Part shown: in pieces, positions 24,701 through 35,367 of the stretch | How positions within the stretch are numbered: the first letter of the stretch is position 1 | Layout: each line of letters opens with the position of its first letter | Assembly (NCBI GenBank): GCA_000934665.2 | Contig: KZ539048.1 | Location: 1-35,367, forward strand | Direction: 5' to 3' | Origin: Catajapyx aquilonaris | Lineage: Eukaryota | Length of the DNA: 35,367 nucleotides | Notes under the pieces: generated by a model | What the model was told of the DNA's origin: nothing | The model's database searches: none | What the model saw: only the letters and a program-made list of their open reading frames with translations | Made by a program: the position numbers and the translations under genes

Positions 24701-26148
24701 TTCTGACTTGCGGAAAACGGCCTTTCATTTGCACATTGCATGCTGAAGACCAGAGATGGTGCAGAAGGGCCGACCACCCCCCGGGTCCGACACTTGGATT
24801 CTTTGCCCAAAGCACCAGCAGTCGCAGCCCGCGGGTTCAATTAGCCCGCTTGCCTCACCTGTCTCATGTCACTTTTTTGGGAGGCCAGACTGCTCATCTA
24901 TGGAAATCTTAACTATTTGTTAGCAAAGCCTACTTAGGGGGAAAAAAACGATTTGTCTCTCAGAATATAGGTCATATTTACTCGCATATTTATTAATCAT
25001 GTGATGAGAATACCATGCCCGTATAACTGTCCATGGCATGGTAGCCTATTTGGTGATGTGAAGTCACATCTGTCCCTCATATTTGTTGTAGGAGTTTTGT
25101 TATTGCAGTGTATTTTTTAAACGGTTTCTAGCACGCTATAAAGTAAGCACGTTATACAAGTAATAATTATTTCTGTAAATTTTTAAAAGCATGAATAAAA
25201 TTCATGCTCTAAACTCCTGATAACAGCTGATTATAATATTACTGTAGTTGTATTTAATTCACTGTCGTTTATTGTGCCATTCTTGCATATTTACTGATAA
25301 TTTGCCTTTGGCCTACTACGTAGCTGACACATTTATTTAATTTTGAACAATAATAATTTAGTTTGCATAACACATTTCAAATTCATCTTAGTGTGTCTGC
25401 AACTGGTCTTTTTTCATTGCACAAAACTTACAGGATATTACTTAATCATAGAAAATTATAACTCTGGCACATGAAGAAACAAGATAATAAGGCTGGCGCA
25501 GCATCCAACAGCGCAATTCCTGAGTGGTCACTCGCAATCTTAGTCCTCCACATGCAACATCCTCTAAATTATGAAAAGCTTGTAAACAACAGTCAGGACA
25601 AGGTAGAAAAAAAAACCCGCAGTTGGGTAAAAAAGATTAGCACCGTAACACATCCATCACCAGCTTCATCCCATGACTTAGACTCCACCTCCCTAAAAGT
25701 ACATCCTTCTCACCAACCTCTTCTACTTCTTTTTACCTTGACTCGAAAAAGATGCTGCCGTAAACACTCACCTGGAAGTTGCTCGTTAAGCGACTTCCTG
25801 AAAGCACGATTGGGTCTACGCCGTAAATTCACCCTCATTCTCCAAGACCCTTTTTCGTATAGGGTAAAACGACCATCTTTTTCTTTTCCTCCCCATCCCC
25901 TAACCCTTCTTTTTTCCCTCTTCTTCTTTTCCTTTGATTTTGCTCCAAAAGCCCGGAACTTCCCCATCAACCACACCCGTCTCCCCCATCTCCACCCTCG
26001 CTCTTTCCGACCGTAAAATCGGAATTTGAGATGTGATTAGCTCACGTTGAGGTTAAAATTTCATTAGGTCCCCCTGTTATTGTTGTTCCGCTTGCTCTTT
26101 CCCCCTTCTTCCTCCAGGGAGCATGGAAAAGGGCTGTGGATGACGATG

Positions 26149-26212
26149 TAGTTGTCGGCCTGTGAGCTTAGAAGGAGGCTAGTTGTTGGCCTGTGAGCTC
26201 AGAAGAAGGCTA
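26149..26212. repeat. 31-bp tandem repeat (2 copies) with a partial third copy at 26365-26385
   Basis: TAGTTGTCGGCCTGTGAGCTTAGAAGGAGGC followed by TAGTTGTTGGCCTGTGAGCTCAGAAGAAGGC. The partial third copy is GTGAGCTCAGGAGGAGGCTAC. Confidence 0.88.
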
Positions 26213-26233
26213 CTGACATCCCAAGAAACACCC

Positions 26234-26328
26234 AAAACCAGTAAGGGTGAAAATCGCGTGCATGCCCTGCACTGAATCAGGGGGGATTAGTGCAGAGCAT
26301 GCAAGCGACTTTCACCCTTACTGGTTTT
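26234..26328. repeat. 95-bp imperfect inverted repeat (~44-bp arms, 6-nt loop)
   Basis: AAAACCAGTAAGGGTGAAAATCGCGTGCATGCCCTGCACTGAATC pairs with GATTAGTGCAGAGCATGCAAGCGACTTTCACCCTTACTGGTTTT, with 3 mismatches and 1 bulge. Confidence 0.92.
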
Positions 26329-29156
26329 TGAAGATTTGGTGCTTCTCCTTATAGGACGGCAAAGGTGAGCTCAGGAGGAGGCTACATGGTCTTCGAGGGG
26401 TCTGGGGTTGAGGCTAGTCCCATTTTTGAAGTCGGAATTGTTCCCGCCCTGGCACTCCATATACATGAGCGTGCTGGTGGCAAATGAGTCCTGGAGGAAG
26501 CGAATTGGTACGGGTGATTTCCCTTCTTTGGAGCGAACATGCATTATGGAAGGTAATTGCTTTCGTGAAGGAGATTTTAAAGTAGCAGAAAATGCCGGTT
26601 GGGCACGACAATGGCTTATTAATGCAGATCTTTATTTAGCGAGCTGCTGCCTCCAGTGTTGGTAATTACGGCCGTCAGAAAGGGAAGTCCCGGAGGAACA
26701 TTTCCATGATGTGATGGCGCATAAAGGCTCCGGGGGCGCCTTGCGAAAGGCGAAAGATTATGAATTTGGCTCATTTCTTCAGGGAGCCGCCGCCCATCCA
26801 TCCCTCCTTCCATTATGGGGCTCCCTGCTCCTAGCAAGCAGAAGCAACCTCACCGACATCCGAAGAAAGTATAAAGAAGTAAATTATGACTTCAGCCCAC
26901 TTAATAAATGGATGTTGGGAGGTGTACGTTTCGTTCCGAAGCGCTCCTAAAAAGAGGCGCGAGATGAGGAGATAAGTGACGTACTTTTTTTTGTAGAACT
27001 GTTTTTTTTGGTGAACACTTTTTTTTGTGTGTATCTCAAAGTCTGGACGGTGCATTTGACAAGGGTTGGGCAAGCGGGGCTTTTCTGATTGATGTGTGCC
27101 GGAAGGCGAGACTTTACCCGCCTGCCGCTATTGGCGTTGCTGTCGTATCAAGATGGATGACGGCCCGTTTGAGAAGGACCATATGGCACACCCACTTTCT
27201 TTTCATTCTCCTAAAGTTCTCCTGTTTCTGTTTCTCGCCGCGGCTTTTTATCTAGATTGACCGCCAAAAGGGACGGGGCATGGGGGTATTAAAAATTGAG
27301 AGTTCCAGGAACATGGGGTGCACCAAATCTGACATTTTACCGATTCGGGCAATCTGTAAAGGGACGGGTATGGGATCTGTCACTTGTGCTATCATTATTG
27401 ACATGCACACTTCCTATCTGCTATTTAGGGAGGATATGCATATTTTCTGTAAAAATGAATACACAAAGTTGCAATATACAATGGGGAGTGGTAACGTCAC
27501 GCTATTGTGAGATGCATGTTGCAGGTGCTACCCCCTGGTATACTACTAGAAAAACATGCAAATGATGGCCGCCATGGGTTTGCACACATCCCCACCTCCA
27601 ATCATCTCCTCCTCCCCCATGAGCAACCCCCCTCACCATTCTACCTGAGCAACCTTCCAGCCCAATCTTCAGAGGCCCCGTCCGCTGTTTGACTGGCACC
27701 TCATTTCGCACATGACAGCAGACTTCGTCCGCTCGTCACGAACGCTTCACGCAAACCTCGCATTACCCAAAGCGTTTCTCCTCTAGAGAAGAAGAAGAAG
27801 AGAGAGAAAAAAAAAGTGAATAAATAAATAAAAGTGAAGGGACCTATGGTGGATATGTGCGAGAGGGGCGGTGATTGGTTACCCACCATATGTGGGCGGT
27901 GCAGGTAACCTTTTTGAATGATGGCTGGAAAATGTTGTGATAAGACCTGGGGTATATGTGGCATAATCTTATGGGTTAAAATGAGTCTGGTCCGATAAGT
28001 GAGCCGTGTCTGCTCAATTACATGGAGAACCAAACGATGGTCTATTCGTCAACCACGTGGAGGGCTGATGGTGTTTATTTAAATTTGGAGGGCCGTGGAC
28101 ATGATAGATCATGTGGGCCTCCTTGGCGAAACAAACACTTCACTTTTCATTTCTGCTCATATTTATGGGCTATGGGTTATGGGATGGGACACATGTAGCA
28201 CGTTGTAATTGAGCACCTTGAAAGACAAATGTGTCGTCTTCCCTCTGGTGCACGTTGTGGGACACGTGGGTTTTAAATTATTTTGTTACAGTGATTTTTA
28301 ATATATATATAGGCCGAAAGATTAAGTATCTAGAAACTTGCAATACTTCAATCCCATAAAAAACAAACACCCTTTTAAAAGCATAAAAAGTCAAGAAATC
28401 AGGTTGAACCAAAATGGCGCAGTTTCATCCAGATTAGAGTTAATTAGCGTGTGTTCCTAAGTCGGAAAGACATCTGGCGGTTGTCACGGGGACACTTATA
28501 CATTTTTTGTGTGTGTCCCCCAGTCCCCCTGAAGCGCCCCCAGCGACACGACCTGCCAGAGGACTCGTATAAGATGTGACACACGTGCAAAAAGAAAATG
28601 ACAGCAGCAGCAAGGAGGACTGTAATCTTTAGGGATTCTGACAAGCCAACCTGCTGCGGCGCAATGTTCTGTTTTCGGACTGGGGCGTACTGCACCAGTC
28701 CTGTCCGATTTGGCGGTTACAACTCGTAGTGAAACTCACGCAGTCTAAAAGTATTCCTACTCCAGCGTAAATATTGTACGCAATGCCAGAGGGTTGCGAA
28801 TCAAGGGGTGTCACCAATGGTGAAACCCCCTGTTTTGGAATGCGCATGAAATATAGGCGAGTTGCGCTTTTTTTTTTAGGTGGCAGTTGGGACATTTAGC
28901 GATGTCGCAGTTGTACGGTATAATCATGACGTTGATCCTGTCTCGAGGCTGATAGATGAATCCATTGTGCAGATGTGCTGAACACCTGTGTGGAAACAGA
29001 CAATGCAATGAGGAAATATTTTTTGTGCGAAAAAAATGGCGTCGCACATGCGATACAAGCAAGCGCATATTTTAGCTGGTAATATTTGGCAAATATTAGT
29101 AAATGGGAGCCGATTATTGCATGCAGGCTAATTGGTCGTATCAATCATTACCTGGA

Positions 29157-29234
29157 TGACGTCACTCAAGATTTGCACTTCTGCTCCATCAGAAAATGTC
29201 GCAAGCAGTATGATGCGATTAATGTCCAACATTG
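29157..29234. mobile_element. Partial copy (one arm) of the 11628-11855 MITE family
   Basis: Shares TGACGTCAC, ATCAGAAAATGTCGC (reverse complement of ~11646-11660), GCAGTATGAT and the terminus ATTAATGTCCAACATTG|TA. Confidence 0.8.
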
Positions 29235-32200
29235 TACATACAATCGTATTACTCTGGCCACTCATGAGCCTAAGCCGCGTTTGAAAAAGTGATACGTAAG
29301 CCTTAGAGTCCTATTGTAGAAGCCGTATTATTAGCAGACAGAAATCTCTCCCCTAGTTGCTGGTCATGGAGTGCGAGACACAATGGCGGCAACCATTAAA
29401 CCTATCAGCTGCAAAAGAGAGCCAGGACTCTTGTATCCATCAGCAGACATGCTGCACCGCCCCTCACCTGGAAAACCCCCTACTTCCGCCCCTACACCTC
29501 AAATATTGTCGAATCACCCTGGAACAATACTGCCGCTCCAGAGGTGATGACGGCCACTGAGCATCATGACTCTGCAGAATAAAAAGACCCTTCTCATATA
29601 TTCAGTATAATATTCACACCCCACCATGAAAATCTTACCCACATTTTATGATCTGACCATCCCCTGGTTCTAAAAACGCGTTATGGAATATGAAGATAGG
29701 ACACTAAGAGTCGGATGGTCACTTCAGGTGAATAAAGTGGGGTGTTGGGGGCAAGGTGGATGGGAGATGATGGGGGCAAGTGGGTCGGGCCATGCCTTTC
29801 ATGTCAGTGTCCGTCCGTCCCCCACTAACAACCCATGTCGGCTGCAGGAATCCGATTCCGCACATACCAGGCGTCAATCGCGCCAGAGGAGGAACCACAT
29901 TCCTTCCACCACACTCGGAGGAAAAAGAAAAAAAAAATGAAAAAAAGGAAAATGGGGGAGAAGAAGAAGAGCATTTTGCTGTCAGTAGAGTGAATATGCA
30001 GGCATGGGGAGAATTTTGGCTTGCGATTCGGCGTGTGGCTTTATGAGAATATCTGAACCGTACCCAAAGACACTTCGTTCGTGTTGGGCCAAGACGAGGA
30101 ATTTGAATTCACCTGCTTCAACATGTAACCAGTTGTATGATGGTACATCCGGGTCGGAATATCTGAGTCATTTTTATAGCATGAACTAACATCATTAGGC
30201 TCATATGAAAATGAGAAAATCATTTACCTGATGTAATTGTTGCTAATATGCATGCACAAAATTCTAATTGCATTACTCACGTTTTTCTCAAGGGAATTTG
30301 CGATTCTGGAATTTATACTCAGAATTATGTACCCAATTACGAACAAACTGTCACGTCCCACATTCCTGCGACCTGTTGTCGAGGGCAGTCACATTTTGTG
30401 AAAGGGTCATTCTGGCAAGGGATAGGGTAGGGACACACACAAAAAAAGGCTCAGTGTAATTTACTTAAATTCCGGAGGGGGCAGGCAAAAGAATCTGAAT
30501 CCAAGTGCGAGAGATGATTTTAGCCCCACCAGCTCGACTCGGCGAATGTGACAAGAGTGAGACAAGTTCCACGTCACACTGTCAGAAAATCCCTGGCAAG
30601 GAAAAAGCTTCATAAAAGTTGAAAATTGGTAATGAGACAAGGGAAGCAGTCGTTTTAAATCAGGCAAGAAATAAGAATTAGATTCCTAACTCCGCTTACA
30701 TTATACGCTCCCCCTAATTGGCTGAGCCCGCCAGTTTTAATTTAATTCATAAAGCGACCGGATTTTTGAAACGTAAAAAAAATCAGTCCCGGCTGTCGGC
30801 CATAAGTTCGGATTCGGACGAGCAAGTTGTCTGTGAACCGTAAAGCTTATTCTCACGATGCGCTTCCTCTTTGTGGTGTTATGGGCACTGGTTACCATGG
30901 CCGGAACTGGCCGGATATGGCTTCGATGCGAATATTGTAAAAGAATTTGTGCAAATATGTGCCCTTCCGCGGAACTACTTCGTCTCAGTGCACCTTCCGG
31001 CGGATGGATATTTATCGAATATGTCGCAGCGCCATACAGAGAGCACAAGAGGTAGTCTTTTGTGTTGTAGTGTGTTCCCCTGAAGACTTGATAGGTTATA
31101 AAAGTCAATAGCCGATAAAGGCAACTCTGTGTGCTAATGGCTTGCTCCGGGAAAGCATTTTGTACAGTGTAAGCCCGGTTTGAAGACTACGCGAAGCAGC
31201 CATGAAAAGCCCGAATTGTCCGATCATCGCGGAATAATCAGGTATAAAAGGCAGTCTTTAACTCTTTGATGCCGATTATTAGAACACTAAAAAAGGGGAA
31301 AGGCTAGGCTTCTGAAGTATACTTTAAAATATTTTTACGGTCGAGCCCGTTGGTAACATTCTGCGGGGGGAAATTCTGTTATGTCGACGGCTCCCCCGAA
31401 CATCCTGAGAACCCTTTCCAGACATTAGCACTGCATTTTGTCAAGAGTTTCGAGCTAAATTATTAATTTCACGGGCGCATTTCTGGGCGTTTTACTTTCG
31501 CAAATGGAATCGGGATTCTTTACGGTGTAGTTACGGTTTACGCGCTCGTAAACCTTTTGTGAAACTGTCACCTGCAGAAAAGTTTCAAGTGGGCTCAGAG
31601 TCTATTTACCCGTACATGGGGTGGTGAGGAAAGCTTATTCTTTTCTTTCATTTTTTTTTTTTTTTTCCCTTCCGATATGGCCTTCCGTTTTTCAATTTTA
31701 CACACATTCAGGGTGCGATGCTCTTTCTTGAACTTGTCGCCGACAAATGGAAAATTGGCCCTAGGTTGGCGGGTGGACAGCAACAAAGTCATGCAGGTAA
31801 TCGGTGGTTTCCATGCGGACTTTAACCTGCTGGATATGGATTCTTTTCGGTACTATATCACTCAGCAGCTGGATTCAGCCATTTTGCATGCGGCATAAAA
31901 ATACTAGAAATCTTATTGTTACGAAAAGGGTTGTTGATAGCGCAATATTTATTGCCTTTTGCTTGGCGAGTTTTAAATGATGTCGAGTAATAAAATATCG
32001 GACTTGTTATGGGGTAGAGATGTGAAACCTGCTTTGTTAGATAAGTGGCATTGATTATAATATTTTAGCATGTGATAACAACAACCTTTATTTATTTGCT
32101 AAATTTATGAACTTTAGTGGGATTCCGTGTCACTATTTTTTCATCTGCGAGGTACTGAATAAGTCTCCGATTCGCCGGCTGGCAGCCATTAGTAATGCTT

Positions 32201-34648
32201 AATAATATTAATGCTCATCATATTCATAATATTATTCAGACAAACGTGTATGCAGGGTGAACTCCTATACTATAGCTATAAGCGGAGAAGCACTTTGAAC
32301 TTATAGCTTTCATTTGGCTCCCCATTTGCTGAGATTCTAACAAAATCTGTGGTACGCTTCCCTGCGCATTATATTGAACATATCGGTATTAATGCCATTT
32401 TAATTTTAATTATTATCATATTCCTTTGGAGGTACGTAGCATTCAATGAAAGTTCTGGCCATCTTTGAGAAAACCACACACCTTATAGGGTTAACCATCA
32501 CATTCTCAGCCACCTCCTGAAATATTTTGGTAGACAGAGCACCATGCATGTCTGGGTTGAAACTTCGGATAATGTAAAGGTTCAAAAAGTGTGTTTGACA
32601 TGTCTTTGCTTTGGATATCGTCTTCGATGCGTTGGATGAAAGACTAGGGAGTCTGGCAAGCGACGACCGCCATAAAACGCAAGAGAGCCCATTCCCACGT
32701 CATCATAATCTTCGATGCCGGTGAGTCAGTAAAATGAAGTAGAATAGCGCCGATCGTAACGACAGATAACGAAGTGCTTTAATTAGGGCTTGTAGGCACG
32801 AAAGAGTCATTCCCTTATCTCGAATGTACTCCGCGAGCTTTACGACAGATTAGGCTCGCAAATTGGGGGCCTTCCTGTCGTGCAAGACTTCCCAGCCACT
32901 GCTGGAAATAACACCTTCAATTTCGATCTATGAGACTCGTGGTGGATCCTTCGAACATTACACTCAACACCAACAGTAGCTAGAACTACAACTGCACTCC
33001 AAATAATTCTATTGTGTAATTTTATTTTAAAAAAATTGCTGAATTTCACGTGTTAATTAACCTGCCCATCATTTAGATACACATCTGCGGCTAGTGCATA
33101 GATGGGCAATACCATAGCTAATCTGGTCGGAAGCTGTTTTCATTTTGAGCGCAATTATTTCATCGCACATTGCACCTAATTTATAGCAACGTAACCATTA
33201 GCGACTATTGTCGCGCTGACCACGCGAACTGGGATTGGGTAAGGTGGGAACCGTGATAAATGGAACCTGTGGCGACGATAAATAATTGGCAGGGAGTCTG
33301 TTTATCCTTTTTGTCCGCTGTATCTGGCTTGGATGGCTACGCGATGGCATCGCGTCCGCGGGACCTAATCTGGACATGGAATCGGGACAGCGCGCCACGA
33401 TAATGGATCGGACTGAACACGCAGCCTGTTCCGGCCATAGCCCGGAATGGTAAAAAAGGGAAATGAGTAGTGGGCCTCCGACAGAGAGAGACTAGTCAAG
33501 TGTGGCGCTTTTGGGGAGACCGGAAAGGCGGGGCTTAGAGGGGTCCCCCACTTGAAGCAGCGCCATCTATACTATGATTCATACACCAGGGAATTGCTGG
33601 ACCATTCGCCAACAGCTAGTTTATTTGTGGTGGGTGGCAGAAGGCGTAAACCAGACCTAAGGCTGTTTACAAGACAAAATTCTTCCAACCCAAAATTTAT
33701 GGGCATCTCCATAAGGCAGGCACAGGAAGACATCCGTATGTTGACATCTTTGAAGAAGGAGCATCCAAGGCATTTTCTCAATATGGTAATGCCTGCCCGT
33801 TGAAGCCACCCATAAAAGTTAATACCCCAGTTATAAGCACATCCTTTGTACAAAATAATGCTCTCTTGCTAGCCCTTTAATAGGATGGGCTATTTTTTTG
33901 AACAACTCCACCCCTACTATCTGCACGGTTTTACTTTCCAAGAAAATTTATCTAGAGGTGGAAATCTTGTAATTTTTTGTGCTGAATAGCTCCCACTTGC
34001 ATGCCGAACAACACTTTGGGGCCCGAGCGTTATTATGGTTATTATGAGCAGAACACCAGTCTTTTTTCATACCCGAATTTTTGTGGTGCTAGCTCCAGGA
34101 ATGTTTAAAGCGCCAAATTGTTACCGAACACTGCAACATGAATGTCAGTAATTGTAATAAATAGGAGGTCAAAAAAATAAACTGACCAAATCGCATTTTC
34201 AAGAGGATGAACACTTATCATCGGACAAAAATCTTACGAGCGATATTAGCTGCAGATTAGTTTTTAGTTATTTTTAAGCACTACATAGAGACCTTCATGT
34301 GAACCTGGTGAATTAATGCGGTTGGGTCCCATTGACCCCTCTGCACTAGAGTGTAATCAATGCCCGAAGGACTTCGAACCAGCCATGGTGTGTGCATTAG
34401 CCTCTGACCCTAAAGAAAGATGGCATGAGGGGAAAGGAGACCAACCAAGTCAAGGCTCCAAACTATTTTCAAGTGTGTGAAGCCGCTTGAATATGGTTAT
34501 TCCGGTTTTTCCATGGCGACAGTTATTGAAAAGAGTGACCTACGATAACCGGGCTAGCAACTTTTTTTTTCAAAAAAAAATGGGGGGTGGTCCAGTGTCA
34601 GGTAAAAAGTAGCGCCTAGTTTTTCCCTTTATCGCTGGTAAAACTCAA

Positions 34649-34689
34649 AGTGACATTAGGGTTAATTTTTCTCGGACTCTAATGTCACT
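34649..34689. repeat. Short hairpin, possible Kolobok-like mini-remnant
   Basis: AAAGTGACATTAGGGT (34647-34662) pairs with ACTCTAATGTCACTTT (34676-34691) at 15/16 around a 13-nt loop. The AG...CT termini are flanked by TCAA and TTAT, each one change from TTAA. Confidence 0.55.
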
Positions 34690-35367
34690 TTATGTGCGTA
34701 ACAGTGACAAGAAGTGGCTAATCAAGTAGGAAATGTAAATATGTCCAGATGGTGTCAGACTATTTTTTTTCTCTCTGTTTACCCGTCGCATCATACATTG
34801 TTGAGAAAATACTGATAGTCCCATGACGTTAAGTCTAGATGTTTCATTAAGATCAATTTGGCGATATTGTTGCACGACAACTCCCCGGTTTTCCCCTTCC
34901 TAATGCGAATTGACTGGATAAGCATTGGATTCTCGAAAATAACGAGCTTGCACAGCCAAGTTGGCGAATCCAACCCAGTTGTCATTTTCAATTTTCTTCT
35001 GCTTTTAATAGGATACAGTAGCTGCGCAATTTGAAGCAACTCGAATGGGTAAATAGCTCTTTAATGAATCCTCCCGTTGCAGATGTCATCTCTCTCAAAG
35101 CTTTCCAGACAAGCGTGACAATTAGGTTCACCAGAGCAGTTTTACCAATAACATGAAAGTTGCGCAAAGTTTCCCTGTTTCAAGTAAACCCCCTTAATGC
35201 CCATCGATCTTCAAGTTATAACAAATTTAGCGACTCATCAGAACAAAGTTTACTCAAAGAAGTGCCACCTACACTTGCTTGCACAAACTGACCCATTCTT
35301 TGAAAACTTAATATGTAATTGTAAATACTGACACAATGAGTGCAATAGTCACTATAATGTGACTCTG

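Noticed and set aside
25471..26016. 181-aa ORF
   Set aside because: It runs through pyrimidine-rich low-complexity sequence that is depleted of stop codons, and has no recognisable homology.
26149..26385. 31-bp repeats as a CRISPR array
   Set aside because: The two full copies are adjacent with no spacer, there are no cas genes, and the context is eukaryotic.
28805..28829. Small hairpin GGGGTGTCACCA-A-TGGTGAAACCCC
   Set aside because: The arms are only 12 bp with a mismatch and there is no supporting context.
33780..33851. Possible Tc1-like terminus on the minus strand (TACAAAGGATGTG...), and a similar one near 31163
   Set aside because: No partner TIR was found for either.

Overview
This window looks like non-coding DNA (intronic or intergenic) from an animal genome, probably an invertebrate; the taxon is inferred from the repeat types. 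I found no confidently recognisable intact protein-coding gene, rRNA, tRNA, CRISPR array or known microRNA, and nearly all listed ORFs look like chance ORFs. The supportable content is transposon debris. It includes TA-flanked Tc1/mariner-superfamily MITEs (659-1506, 11628-11855 with a partial sister copy at ~29157-29234, and probably 18234-18479), a truncated SINE with a V-domain-like core and microsatellite tail nested in a MITE terminal repeat (677-964), and a decayed Tc1/mariner transposase 3' end with an apparent internal inversion (9440-9866). The most distinctive pattern is a set of very short, almost spacer-less hairpin elements with termini resembling several DNA-transposon superfamilies (1166-1224, 7326-7399, 18498-18565, 26234-26328, 34649-34689). 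Also present are a ~120-150 bp tandem duplication, microsatellites, many long G/C homopolymers and a 200-N gap. Weak leads are a signal-peptide/Cys-rich small ORF, two possible exons, and CTCF- and YY1-like motifs. I cannot demonstrate a new biological system from the sequence alone.
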